Assembly (NCBI GenBank): GCA_965242695.1
Contig: CBDESU010000002.1
Span: forward strand, 480,001-544,000
Reading direction: 5' to 3'
From: Cenarchaeum sp.
Lineage (GTDB): Archaea; Thermoproteota; Nitrososphaeria; Nitrososphaerales; Nitrosopumilaceae
Length of the DNA stretch: 64,000 nucleotides
A program made the position numbers and the translations under genes. Shown here in pieces: positions 17,679-27,833 of the stretch. The notes beneath the pieces were generated by a model that ran no database searches, was not told the DNA's origin, and saw only the letters and a list, made by a program, of their open reading frames with translations. Numbering within the stretch: position 1 is the first letter of the stretch; each line of letters begins with the position of its first letter.

Positions 17679-20000
17679 TCAGAGATCGCCCCCACGCGTC
17701 GCGGCCGCCTCAGGGCCGCCCCACCTGTTCTCAAACCACTTGTCGGTCACTCTCACCCTGCCCGATGCCACGGACTTTAAGCTAATCCAATCTATCTCAA
17801 AATTACCCACGTAGCCAGAGAGGAGACGGTCCTTGATTTTTTCTATTGCCGCCATGACGAGCCCCAGCTGCCTTACAGTCGGGGGCGACTTCATAACAAA
17901 CCCGTATGCCCTGTGGTCCCGTGCGCGGATAATGGCGCTTGGCGTGAGTTGTTCGGCCGAGTCGACAGAATCTATGACAAAAAAGCTTTTGTCTAGTCCC
18001 GGAGGAGGGTTGTCGCCGACCAGCAAGACGACGACTACATTGGCGGCGCTATTGATGTTATCCATGGCGGCCCTGATTGCTTCAGTCACCACTGCATCCT
18101 GCGCATCAATGATGTGGATCCTGATTTGCTGGCCGCTGCACAGCATGTCGGCAAACGTGCTGTTCACACCTTGATTAGCTAGGTTTGCCAGCGGGTCAAA
18201 TCCAGACGGCGGCACAGGGTCAGGGGCGGGGCTTAGCCCCAGGTACAGCTGGAACATCTTGGCCACTAGCTCGACGGAACTTGTGCGCATCATGGCCACT
18301 GCGCGTCGGGCCTGGTCGGTGTGTAGCCTCAGCGTATCGGGGGGATCGGACGGGGTGTCGGGCGAGCCGATCTGAAGACGACACTGCTTCATCTCGTCTG
18401 GCGCCGAGACCGAAGCCACATCCGCTACGACGCCAGACAGGTCTTTCCATTGATCCGCAGCGGCTCGCCGATCAAAGCGCTCGCCGTGCCCGTCCATGCG
18501 GCTCTTGGAGTTGGCGATGTCGACCATGGCGTCTAGCATACTGTCATAGGCGTCGACAAAGGCGCGCTCTTCCTCGACGTGTGTCCCGCCCTTGAACCGG
18601 GATAGTGTCCCCCTTACCGTGAACTCGTCGCCGTTGTTGTCTAGGTAGCCTTCGTCTGTGAGCAGCATGAAAAGATCCCGCGCCGCCGACGCCTCGTGGG
18701 GGCTATACTCTTTCGTGGTTCCACCAACACCTATCTTGCGGCCGCTTATCGTAATTGTCTGGCCTAGCATGGCTTCCGAGCTCTTGGCTAGGTAGTACAT
18801 GATCTCCAGCATGTCGTCGTTGTACTCCTGCCTCGAGAGCGAGCCATAGGCCTTCCTGTCGTACACGTACTTGATGGCCCTCTGCAGGTTGGCGGCGGTC
18901 CTTTCCTTGTCAGTCAGGTCAGCCCGGATGACGGGGCGCCCGAGATTATCGGTGCCTGTTCTCTGGTCGCGTATGGCCCTGTAGAGGGCGAAAAAATCGG
19001 CCTCGGCCTTGTAGCAGAGATAGCACAGGAGATCGGCATATTGCTCGTCGGTAAGATCGGCGCTACGCTCACCGACTATGTCGTCGGTGAACTTCTCCAT
19101 CTCTTCAAACAGCGAGCGCTTGACGTACAGGAGATCGGAAAACACCGTGTAGTCGCTGCTTAATCTGGATTCTATGTCGCCGATCTTGTCGGGGGACGTT
19201 ATGAAGATGTACAGCGCCCCGCCCTGGTTGATGAGCATCTTCAGCGGGGCCATGATGGCGGGGGCGGTCTGCCCGTCCACCTTGTCGAACTCGTCCAAGA
19301 TGAACACGACCTTGTGGGTTGTTGCGTGGGCTTGAAGCATCTGCTCGAAGTCGCACTGCATGTCGGCAAGGCCATAGTCGTGACGTGACGACGTATCACG
19401 TCTGCTGTGCATGCCCAGACCTGCGGCCAGTATCGGCGCAGGGGCCAATGCGGCCAATGCTGTCACCCACCAGAGATCCCCGAGCGGCTGATTCCCGTAC
19501 TGTAGTAAGAACAGAGCTAGGGCTGAGGGAGGTATCATGCCACAGCGAAGCGACCACACCGCCGTCTTTGAAGTATGACTCGTCCTGAATTTTTCTGTTG
19601 CCGTTGCGTTCTCATGCAGTTTGTCGACCTGCTTGCGCAGGGAGTGGGCGCGGCGGTTGCCGGACACCGCCCGCCGCAGGGAGCGTATTAGGCTGACAAG
19701 CAGCTCCTTCTTGTCGATCGGGCCGCCGGACTCGATCGACGTGGCCCTGACAAGGACGGGGAGTACCGTCTTGCTCTGCGGCCTGCGGCCTGCCGCCCGG
19801 TTCACCGCGGTGAACACCAGGCTGGTCTTGCCAGACCCGCGCCGCCCGACTACCAGCATAGACCCTTCGTCGCGCCTCTCGACAAAGTCGGCTACTGCCG
19901 CCAGTTCTTCAAGCCGGCTGGCATGGTGGCCCCTCGGGTCGCCAAGCCTGGGCTGGTAGTCCCAGTCCTGCTTGAGGGTGACGGTGGGGACAGTGCTCAT
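17679..20000 (-). CDS. KAP-like P-loop NTPase with two inserted transmembrane segments
   Basis: VVGRRGSGKTSL; two hydrophobic helices (SALALFLLQY, WWVTALAALAPAPILAAG) between Walker A and Walker B VVFILDEFDK; LKMLIN...YIFIT. Confidence 0.75.
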   Translation of the reverse strand: MSTVPTVTLKQDWDYQPRLGDPRGHHASRLEELAAVADFVERRDEGSMLVVGRRGSGKTSLVFTAVNRAAGRRPQSKTVLPVLVRATSIESGGPIDKKELLVSLIRSLRRAVSGNRRAHSLRKQVDKLHENATATEKFRTSHTSKTAVWSLRCGMIPPSALALFLLQYGNQPLGDLWWVTALAALAPAPILAAGLGMHSRRDTSSRHDYGLADMQCDFEQMLQAHATTHKVVFILDEFDKVDGQTAPAIMAPLKMLINQGGALYIFITSPDKIGDIESRLSSDYTVFSDLLYVKRSLFEEMEKFTDDIVGERSADLTDEQYADLLCYLCYKAEADFFALYRAIRDQRTGTDNLGRPVIRADLTDKERTAANLQRAIKYVYDRKAYGSLSRQEYNDDMLEIMYYLAKSSEAMLGQTITISGRKIGVGGTTKEYSPHEASAARDLFMLLTDEGYLDNNGDEFTVRGTLSRFKGGTHVEEERAFVDAYDSMLDAMVDIANSKSRMDGHGERFDRRAAADQWKDLSGVVADVASVSAPDEMKQCRLQIGSPDTPSDPPDTLRLHTDQARRAVAMMRTSSVELVAKMFQLYLGLSPAPDPVPPSGFDPLANLANQGVNSTFADMLCSGQQIRIHIIDAQDAVVTEAIRAAMDNINSAANVVVVLLVGDNPPPGLDKSFFVIDSVDSAEQLTPSAIIRARDHRAYGFVMKSPPTVRQLGLVMAAIEKIKDRLLSGYVGNFEIDWISLKSVASGRVRVTDKWFENRWGGPEAAATRGGDL

Positions 20001-20273
20001 TGAGCCGTGCCGCCCCCTGCCCCTGTCCTGCCGCCCGATCGCACGGTGCCGCGGGCGCCTATGCTAGGCGTGTGCCCAGGAGCCGGCACGACTGCACGAC
20101 GCTGCGCGCGGTTCCGCGCCCGTGCCATGCTCATCGCGGGTATGCAGAGGATGCCGGGGCCGGAATAGCCGCCCGCGTGGCCTGCAGCGTCGGGCTTTGC
20201 CATGCTCGCCAAGCTGGGGCCGCCGTCGGCTACCGTTGCAGGCCCGCACTGGGCGGCCGTTCCCGGCGGGCGC

Positions 20274-21641
20274 CTAGAGTACATCCTTCAGCACCCCCTT
20301 GGTAGCGGCAATCCTAGCCGCGATCTCTTCCCTGTCCGGCTCTTCCCCGCCGAGGACCCGCCTTACGGCCTCGAACAGGACGCAGGAGGGAATGATGCAG
20401 ACGTCGTCGAGTTCCGCCTGCTCCAGCTGGTTCGGCTCTATCTTCATCCTGGCCTCCAGCGACCCGGGGTAGGGCCGCAGGCGGTGCTGGTTGGGGACAA
20501 AGATTCCCTTTGTCGCCCCTCCGCCGGCCGCGGCCCGCTGGTTGGCCCACCTCTTGCACTGGAGGATATGCCGCATCTGGGCTCCCCCGTCCGCGCCCTT
20601 GGCCTCGATGACGCCGCGCGGGTAGGGGGTGTCGCGGCCCATGCCAAGGGCCGCATCCGCCTCGTCGGCGCCCCCCATCGGCTCGATGTCGTCGAACCCC
20701 AGGGCCCTAAAGGCCTCCACGACGGCGTCCTCAAGCTCCCGGCCCCTCGAGTACAGCAGGCGGAAGTGCGATCGAATCCTGTCGCTTGCGGCCGCCAGCT
20801 TGTCAATCTCGCGCTGGATTTTGGTCTTGTCCTCTTCCAGCCTTCCCATCTGCGCCTCGCACTTCGCCAGCGGGGGAAACGCCACTTGTCCGGCCCATGC
20901 GGGAGGCAGCTCCGCGCACGGGGAGGCTTTCCCATAGACGGACAGAATCTTGCCGATTGCGGCGTCCATCGGCTCCGTGGGGGGCGGGAGAAGGACCAGG
21001 CGTCCCGCATCCGGATGCCATCCTCCGAACTGGCCGTTGCGAAGCATCGCTATGGACAGCGTCGACCCAAGATCGTGCCTAGAATTGTCCCTGATCCCCT
21101 GGCCCGTTATATGCGCGAGACCGGCATCGTGGTGCCTGCCGAGCAGTCTTGGGCTGATTTTGGGATGATAGGCCTCGATGTAGAATGAAAAGCTTTTGAT
21201 GCTGCGCGCGTATGCCTTGAAGTCGTGGCTGTCGTCCGTCATTATTCTGGTTCCGGTTGGGACCGGCACGGTCTTTATCGATAGGGGGAGAATGTGGTAG
21301 TTGGTATAGGGCGGAGGGGGCGGGGCGCCGCCAGGCGGCGAGGCGGCAGGCCTAGTCGAAAGGACGGGCTGGGTTATAGTGACAACGACCCCCCCGCTAA
21401 AGAGCCTGTCCTCAAGGAGCTTCCGGGCCTGATCCAGCTTTGCCCTGTCGATCCGGTCCATGACCTGCACGGTCAGTGTCGTTAGATCGACGACCAGCAC
21501 GTCCAAGTCGCTCAGGTTGGGAAACGGATCATCCCATCCGATGGACCTGTCTGCGTTTGGATGGCGGTTTCCCATGAGCCAGACCTGCGAATCCTGCGCG
21601 GCGGGGCGGCCGCCGGCATCGGGCGGCTCATGGCGCAGCAT
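20274..21641 (-). CDS. protein with coiled coil and C-terminal PD-(D/E)XK restriction-endonuclease-like domain
   Basis: GRELEDAVVEAFRALGF...DEADAAL...GVIEAKG...ILQCKRW. Start uncertain; the first ~220 aa of the track ORF look like GC-rich non-coding sequence. Confidence 0.72.
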   Translation of the reverse strand: MLRHEPPDAGGRPAAQDSQVWLMGNRHPNADRSIGWDDPFPNLSDLDVLVVDLTTLTVQVMDRIDRAKLDQARKLLEDRLFSGGVVVTITQPVLSTRPAASPPGGAPPPPPYTNYHILPLSIKTVPVPTGTRIMTDDSHDFKAYARSIKSFSFYIEAYHPKISPRLLGRHHDAGLAHITGQGIRDNSRHDLGSTLSIAMLRNGQFGGWHPDAGRLVLLPPPTEPMDAAIGKILSVYGKASPCAELPPAWAGQVAFPPLAKCEAQMGRLEEDKTKIQREIDKLAAASDRIRSHFRLLYSRGRELEDAVVEAFRALGFDDIEPMGGADEADAALGMGRDTPYPRGVIEAKGADGGAQMRHILQCKRWANQRAAAGGGATKGIFVPNQHRLRPYPGSLEARMKIEPNQLEQAELDDVCIIPSCVLFEAVRRVLGGEEPDREEIAARIAATKGVLKDVL

Positions 21642-22310
21642 CCCGATCGCCTCCCGCACATCGCGCAAGGCGGCCCGCAGCCCCTGGTTCGTGTCGCCCT
21701 GCGCGCCTCGCAGGTGCCGCGCCTGGCGGCGGCGCCCCGCGGCCTCTCTTCCGGATGCCGAGCATTGCGCCGGCCGCCGCTCGGGCGCGGGGCGGCCGGG
21801 CCGGCATGTTGCACCGGGCCTGCAGATTCCGGCGCCGATGCGGCGCTGTGCGCCCCGCGAGACAGCGCTTGCGGCAGGCGGCAAGAGCGCCGAGGGCCGA
21901 CGCCATGACGGCAGGCGTTGGCGGCTCAGGCGCGTCCCGGCGCGCTGCGGCGGCGGCGGCATCAGCCGCGAGGCAGCGCCGTGATGCGCATCCGCCTCGC
22001 GCAAGTGCAGGTTGCTGTGGCAGCTGACATGCGATGCCCGGGCAAAAAGACAGCGCCGCATCTGGGCGGCCCGCCAGGCCCGCGGCTGCGCGGCTTTCGG
22101 GCCCGCGTCCCGCGGTTCCGATCGCCTCGCGCCCCGGGCCATAATTGGGATCGAGGCGAGCACAGTGCGCCTGATAGTCGCTAGCGGCCTTGAAGTCCGG
22201 CCTGTCGGCGCAGCGCCGGTTGGGCGCCGAATGCAGCCCCAGACCAAGCATGCCGCTGCCAAGTCTCCCCGTCGTGCGCGGGTTGCGCACGGTTGCGCGT
22301 GCCGCACATC

Positions 22311-22970
22311 TCATGTTCCGCCGCCCCCGCCGGTCGTTTCTTCAAGCAGCGCCATCACATTTGCCGTCTTGTCCCCGCCGGTGCCATAGTGCGTGGCCCT
22401 GAGCTTTTTGTCTCCCGGCTTGTCGACAATTGCCATGTGATTGGCAGCGAATTCCGTGACTGTCTCGGTGCAGTGCCTGCCCATGTAGACGTCCCCGCGT
22501 ATATGGTTGCACTTGTTCGTGGGCGAGCCGCATATGCCGCACTTTGTCTTTGCCAGGATGCTGAGGCTGTTGAATTGTTGCTGCGGAAACAGAGCCTTTT
22601 CCAAAACATCGAGACGGGCGGCAAGCTTGGAGGGCAGGTGATTCAAGGAAGAGTCTTCGTCGCGGCTCCAATTGGCAAAGTTCTGGGCCGCGACAAGCTG
22701 GTTCCATGCGGAGCCGGGCTTGCTCCTCTTTAGATCGCAAAACATCTGGATGGCTAGAATTGCGCCGGAACAGAGGTCTTCCGCGGCAAGCCAGAGGTTG
22801 GCCTTTTCCTCGTCCTGGTCTTCTATGAATGCCTCCTTTGTCGACTCTACGTCGAGCTTGAGCTTGTTGAGCACCTCAAGCTGTGCTTCAAGAACCCGCT
22901 CGTCCCGCGTGGCGTACAGGTACTGGTGCTGTTCGGCAAGCTTGTCGATCACGTCATCCAGGCCGAGCAT
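22311..22970 (-). CDS. hypothetical protein with C-terminal Cys/His metal-binding motif
   Basis: CGICGSPTNKCNHIRGDVYMGRHC...NHMAIVDKPG; start 1 nt after the upstream gene's stop. Confidence 0.75.
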   Translation of the reverse strand: MLGLDDVIDKLAEQHQYLYATRDERVLEAQLEVLNKLKLDVESTKEAFIEDQDEEKANLWLAAEDLCSGAILAIQMFCDLKRSKPGSAWNQLVAAQNFANWSRDEDSSLNHLPSKLAARLDVLEKALFPQQQFNSLSILAKTKCGICGSPTNKCNHIRGDVYMGRHCTETVTEFAANHMAIVDKPGDKKLRATHYGTGGDKTANVMALLEETTGGGGGT

Positions 22971-22971
22971 G

Positions 22972-23457
22972 TCACTTTACCCCCTCGACAAAGTCGCCGA
23001 ACCCCGCGATCGGGCCCTCGTACTCGGCGCTGACGTACCTGCCGCCCTCCGCCTTGGCTATCTTGCACCTGACGTTGCGTTGGTCCCTGTCCGGACCGTA
23101 CCGCGGCCTGCTTCGGAAATGATCAAGTATGATGCTTAGCGTCTGCGATACTATCTCGGGGCGGCGTTCTAGCACGTGCCTCGTGAATGCTAGAAGGGGC
23201 AGCGCTACAGACTCATAGCCCTGCTCGATCAGCTTTGAAGGATCGTCGTCGGCGCTCTCGAGCAGCGAGTACGGCAGGCCGGCCATCCTGAGCAGCTTTA
23301 CGACCAGATCGTAGTCGGCCGCGTACGCAGCCTCGGCGGCCGACTCCATGCTCTCGAAGTTTAAGGGAAGTATCCACACGGCATCGGGGACGGCCAGGCC
23401 AAGCTCGCCCGCCCTGTGCTCTACGTCTATGTATGCCTCACCCTGGACCGTCTTCAC
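22972..23457 (-). CDS. hypothetical protein (161 aa), partner of the downstream gene
   Basis: Normal composition (ILPLNFES...AEYEGPIAGF); TTTATCA box at 23481-23487; partial second copy at 62384-62550. Confidence 0.75.
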   Translation of the reverse strand: MKTVQGEAYIDVEHRAGELGLAVPDAVWILPLNFESMESAAEAAYAADYDLVVKLLRMAGLPYSLLESADDDPSKLIEQGYESVALPLLAFTRHVLERRPEIVSQTLSIILDHFRSRPRYGPDRDQRNVRCKIAKAEGGRYVSAEYEGPIAGFGDFVEGVK

Positions 23458-23505
23458 GCATTGGCAAGCCGGCCGGCCCTTGATAAACTTTCAGCATGTA
23501 GGGGC

Positions 23506-23605
23506 CGCGGAGGATCGGCGTGCGTCAAGGCGCGACCGGGGCGGCTTGGCTCGGCGGGCGGGCGGGGGCGGGCGCCGCGCGGAGGATCGGCGTGCGTCAA
23601 GGCGC
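23506..23605. repeat. 28-bp direct repeat pair, 72-bp period
   Basis: CGCGGAGGATCGGCGTGCGTCAAGGCGC at 23506-23533 and 23578-23605, in a divergent intergenic region. Confidence 0.85.
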
Positions 23606-23686
23606 CCCATGGCCAGAGAGGGGAAGAGGTGCGCATAGTGCGGCTCAAGGGACATTAATGCCGGCAAGCGGGCGGGGCTCAAGTTG

Positions 23687-24049
23687 ATGCTGAGCAGATT
23701 GGCAGCCGCGTGGGCATCCCCGGACGAGCCAGAGGTGGCAGTGCGCCCAAAAAACGAAGTGTCGTGCGCCGCCTGCAAGGCCTCCTATACGGTGCAGACG
23801 ATCGGCAACGAAAAGACGCGCGCGCTGCCGGGGACCACCGGGATCCACGAGGTTGCACTGGCCAACTTTACAGACATGTTTGCCGGGCACACGCTTGACG
23901 AGCTAGGCCGCTCGGCTACTGCCGCCGTGCAGCCAGACGCGGACGCCCTCCACATATTTTTTGCGCTAGACGGCAAGAGGGCCTGCCGTGGGTGCGGAAG
24001 GGTCGACGGGCGCTTCGTGGCCGCGTCCGTAGAGGGGGCTGACGGGTGA
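23687..24049 (+). CDS. small CxxC zinc-binding protein
   Basis: VSCAACKASY...ACRGCG; CATTAAT box about 30 bp upstream; GTGA overlap with the next gene; resembles 11785-12258. Confidence 0.7.
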   Translation: MLSRLAAAWASPDEPEVAVRPKNEVSCAACKASYTVQTIGNEKTRALPGTTGIHEVALANFTDMFAGHTLDELGRSATAAVQPDADALHIFFALDGKRACRGCGRVDGRFVAASVEGADG

Positions 24050-24416
24050 TCCAAATGGCCAAGTATGGCGTCCAAAGCATGGGAAACGGAGCCTTTAGGC
24101 TCCCCGACGGATCCATAGCGTACACAATGGAGAGGGCCGTGGAAGAGCAGAAAAAGATCAAGCCCGTCGAGTACACGGCATCGGACCTGATCCTGCTCCT
24201 GCTGCCGTCGCAAGACAAGCCCATCGTCGGCCGAACGCTGCTCTTCAAGGAGTTGTTTATCCTCAAAAAGGAGGTGCCTGCCGAAGAGGATGTCGAGGAC
24301 TGCAAGTTCGTCCCGCACTGCTACGGGCCGTACAGCTTTTACATGGCGTTCAAGGTCCGCGAGATGTCGGGGATGGGGCTGATCGAGGTATCGGGGGCGG
24401 GTGGGACCGCGGCGTA

Positions 24417-25980
24417 TAGGGGTTCTACTAAAGTTGACAAGAATTGACCAGGTGTCAAGATCTCTTCACCCCTGTGGTGGTATAGCAGGGACGACAGAGT
24501 AGGGCATGGGGCGAAAGGGATCGATTCCAGTGGGCAAGGGCTTCATGCCTGGCACGAGCGCCCACAAGCTCAAGCGCCTTGCCAACAAGGAGATGGACGC
24601 GCTGACGGCCAAGAGGTACATGGCCGCGTACCACCGCAAGAAGGGCAGGTCGTTCAACGAGATAGCCGGGATGGTCCTTGCATCGTACGACGCGGTCAGG
24701 GACTGGCTGGTGAAGATGCACAAGGGGGGCCTGAAGGCGGCCCCGCGGGGCAAGAGCCCCGGCAGGCGCCGATCAATTCCGCTCGAGATCCGCTGGGAGT
24801 TGATCATGGATGTCTTCATGGGGCCGCAGGCGGCCGGCTACAAGGCCAACGTGTGGACGTTCAAGCTCCTGCACGACCATCTTGAGAAAAAGTACAAGGT
24901 GAAGATAGCATACTCGACGGCCGCAAAGAACTTCAAGGAGATGGGCATACGGCTCAAGGTGCCCCGCCCCGCACACCCAAAGGCGGCGAGCCTCGAGGAG
25001 CGGCTCGCCTTCCAGGCGGAGGCGCGCGCCAGGATCAAGGAGGCCGCCGCAGCCGGCTACCATACGGTCTTCATCGACGAGGGCCATGCGCAGGGCTACA
25101 AGAACGGGCGCGAGTCGGCGGGGCTGAGGGGGGTCGAGATCGTGCGCACGTCGAGCGTCGGGCGCGCACGCCTGAGCTTCTTCGTAGCCGTCGGCTACGG
25201 GTGGGTCTTCGTCATGGAGTGCCCCGGCCGGGCCAACAGCGAGGCGTACACGAGGTTCCTTGACAGGGTCAGCGCCCTAGTCGGCAAGATTCAGACCATA
25301 GACGACAACGCCGGATACCACACCTCGGACAGGTCCAGCGACCACATCCGGGACAACGCGGACCGCCTGAGGCGCATACCCACGCTTCCTTACACGCCCA
25401 ACGACAACGTCGCCGAGCCGCAGATCCGCGGCATAAAGACCGCCATGTCCAACGTAGGGCTCGACAGCGTCGGGGCCATAAGCGGCGAGCTCGGGTGGTG
25501 CTTTGAGAGCGACCTAGTCGTCCCGGTCGAGTTCTACGACTATGCGACTGCGGTCGACGCGCCGCAGATCAGCCCCCGCAAGGCGGCGGGGATCAAGAAA
25601 AGGCTCAGGCCGGGAGAGCACTTTGCGTACGTGCAGAGGAGAATGCCGGAAGAGGAGATCCCCCTGCCGACCATCGAAGAGATTCAAGCGAAGGAGGACA
25701 AGATACTCCCTCCGGAAAAGCGCGCAAAGTTGCCCCCTGTGCTGGCCAATTCGAACATTCCTGCCAACTTTCTTGCGAGGCTTCCCCCGATATTGCTTGA
25801 GGAATAAAGTGGCATGCCCCGCCTGCGATAAATGTTGCACTTGTGCCGCGCTGCGGAATAACAATTCACGATACAATTGTTTTGTGTAACTATTTTGTGT
25901 AACTGTTTTCTGTGACTTTTTTTCGACCTTAATTGCATGCAATCTTCAATACGTTTTCGTGAACTCAGATAGAACCCCTA
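24417..25980 (+). mobile_element. IS630-family insertion sequence
   Basis: Imperfect terminal inverted repeats TAGGGGTTCTA... / ...TAGAACCCCTA; TA duplication at 24415-16 and 25981-82 in the palindromic target GGCG-TA-CGCC. Confidence 0.9.
24506..25807 (+). CDS. IS630-family transposase
   Basis: HTH (SFNEIAGMVLASYDAVRDW), WT..L winged helix, catalytic VFIDEG, IDDNAGYH, LPYTPNDNVAE. Confidence 0.92.
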   Translation: MGRKGSIPVGKGFMPGTSAHKLKRLANKEMDALTAKRYMAAYHRKKGRSFNEIAGMVLASYDAVRDWLVKMHKGGLKAAPRGKSPGRRRSIPLEIRWELIMDVFMGPQAAGYKANVWTFKLLHDHLEKKYKVKIAYSTAAKNFKEMGIRLKVPRPAHPKAASLEERLAFQAEARARIKEAAAAGYHTVFIDEGHAQGYKNGRESAGLRGVEIVRTSSVGRARLSFFVAVGYGWVFVMECPGRANSEAYTRFLDRVSALVGKIQTIDDNAGYHTSDRSSDHIRDNADRLRRIPTLPYTPNDNVAEPQIRGIKTAMSNVGLDSVGAISGELGWCFESDLVVPVEFYDYATAVDAPQISPRKAAGIKKRLRPGEHFAYVQRRMPEEEIPLPTIEEIQAKEDKILPPEKRAKLPPVLANSNIPANFLARLPPILLEE

Positions 25981-26238
25981 TACGCCCCGACCCGAAAGGG
26001 GCTCAAAAGGGCAGGGGCGAGGCGCCGGGCCGCGCCCGCCGGCCCGGGGGGTTATGCGTATTGGAACCCGGCGATCGCACCCAGAGGAAAATCTCGACCC
26101 GAAACTGGAATTTTGATCGAGTGAAGATCCGGGCGCCAGAAATTGCACCTCCGTCGGGCCGTGGCTCAAAAAACCTTGACTTCTTGTCAATCGGATTTCA
26201 CCCGCCCCGTCTTAGGCGGCGGCCGGGCAACGCCGGCG

Positions 26239-27504
26239 ATGGAGCAGTGCCTGATCGATCCCGAGGTCCTAAAGGTGTACGAGGAGGTCGTCCCCGAGTC
26301 GTGGTTCGAGGCGGATCCGAATCACATCGCGAATATCGGCACTGCGAGGTACAAGAAGTTCCTCAAGGACGCCGACGAGCGGCTTGCCCTGATGATGGAG
26401 GGGTGCAAGGATCCCAAGCTGTGCGGGCAACGCGCCCGGCGCGTCTCGCGGGACGGGACGCTGCGCGACGAGTCGTGGCTGCACGGCGCGACGGGACTGG
26501 ACCACGCCATGTTCTTCTACATCGTCGCCTGCTTCGAGCACGAGATCGAGACCACGCCCGACGTGCCCCTCTTCCGCCACGGCCTTGACCCCGAGAGGGC
26601 ATCCGACCGTGGCAACCGCTGCATCCTGGCCGCGGAGCACATGGTGTGCATGACCCTGTACCACATCTGGACGGGCTGCTCGCAGGAGTCGCTGCAGGGC
26701 ATGTTCTGGATCGACCAGACGACGGCCTCAAGGAACATCCGGCTGGTCAGGGGCATCATGGCCAACTCCGGCATGCTTCCGACCGACCTGGGCCTCATGG
26801 ACGAGCTCAGATCCTTCACCAAGGAAAAGGTCCAGGAGTACGTGGGCAACGTCCTGCTCGTCGACTTGACGCACTACGACATCGAAGATCCCGTCGACAA
26901 GGAGTCCAACAAGGAGGCATACTCGCACAAGGCCGGCACGACCACCTGCAAGTCGGTGCACGCATGCGCCAAGCGGGGCCTGGTCGTCCTCAGCGGCGAG
27001 CTGGAGGGAGGGCGGGGCAGCGAGATAGAGTACCTGCGCCGCCACTTTCCAGACGTGGGAGTCCTGACGGCATCCCTTACGAGCCCCGACACGCCGGCGG
27101 CCGAGCGCACCTCGGTCTACATCGACAACGGCCCCCAGGGGATCAAGGAGCTGCTCAAGGGCGCCAACGTCCTGATGCCGCACCGGAAGCCGATCGGGGG
27201 CGAGCTGACGGAGGAGCAGAAGGCCTACAACTCGCAGCTGGCCGCCGAGCGGGCCCCGGTCGAGAACAGGTTTGCCGAGATAAAGCAGAACAAGATACTC
27301 GCCCACGAGTTCCGCGGCTCGGTCGAGGACCTTCGCGAGACCCGCACCGTCTGCATCGGCTTCGTCAACCTGAAGCTGATAATGAGGGGTGCAGACGGGT
27401 TCGTCCCCGACACCCACGCCAAGGAGTCGGCAGGCGGGCCCGGGCCGCCGGGGCCGCATGGCCGCAAGCCGCGGCAGACGTTCCCGTACCTCGCCAAAGA
27501 GTGA
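26239..27504 (+). CDS. IS5-family transposase
   Basis: LLVDLTHYDIEDP...AYSHKAGTTTCK, YIDNGPQGI, PHRKPIGGELTEEQKAYNSQLAAERAPVENRF; ATG 26239 is the likely start. Confidence 0.92.
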   Translation: MEQCLIDPEVLKVYEEVVPESWFEADPNHIANIGTARYKKFLKDADERLALMMEGCKDPKLCGQRARRVSRDGTLRDESWLHGATGLDHAMFFYIVACFEHEIETTPDVPLFRHGLDPERASDRGNRCILAAEHMVCMTLYHIWTGCSQESLQGMFWIDQTTASRNIRLVRGIMANSGMLPTDLGLMDELRSFTKEKVQEYVGNVLLVDLTHYDIEDPVDKESNKEAYSHKAGTTTCKSVHACAKRGLVVLSGELEGGRGSEIEYLRRHFPDVGVLTASLTSPDTPAAERTSVYIDNGPQGIKELLKGANVLMPHRKPIGGELTEEQKAYNSQLAAERAPVENRFAEIKQNKILAHEFRGSVEDLRETRTVCIGFVNLKLIMRGADGFVPDTHAKESAGGPGPPGPHGRKPRQTFPYLAKE

Positions 27505-27522
27505 CCGCCGCCGCGCTGATCA

Positions 27523-27553
27523 CCGAAAAAGGGCGAATTTCGTGCCTTTTTCG
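27523..27553 (+). terminator. hairpin downstream of the IS5 transposase
   Basis: CCGAAAAAGG...CCTTTTTCGG inverted repeat just after the stop codon; also present in copy 2. Confidence 0.4.
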
Positions 27554-27833
27554 GGCGGCGGCGCGGCATTCGGGCGAGTTTCGGACATCTGGCTGCGCAT
27601 ACTTCGTCGTTTCGCGTTTTGTTTTTCGAGTTTCACAGTGGCAAGGGCGATCGCGGGCATGCAATACGCATAACCCCCCCGGATGCCAGGATGCGAAAGT
27701 TCCGCAAGGGCCTGGGCCAGCGCGGGGCCACGCATATACTGGGGGCCATATGCCGCAGGGCCGAGTGCGCCGAGTACGTGGTAAAGTCCGGGGTGGCGCA
27801 CCGCTACAAGGCCATCACATGGGGGCGCGGGGT

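Larger units (their letters stand above)
26047..27678 (+). mobile_element. IS5-family (ISL2/DDE_Tnp_4 group) element, copy 1, 1632 bp
   Basis: TIR GGGGGTTATGCGTATTG / CAATACGCATAACCCCC; 3-bp TSD CCG (26044-46, 27679-81); near-identical to 60752-62383. Confidence 0.93.

Noticed and set aside
21642-22307. long Arg/Ala/Pro-rich N-terminal ORF extensions (also at 17289-17630 and 11789-12241)
   Set aside because: Low-complexity translations of GC-rich intergenic DNA or of a neighbouring gene's other frame; no motifs.
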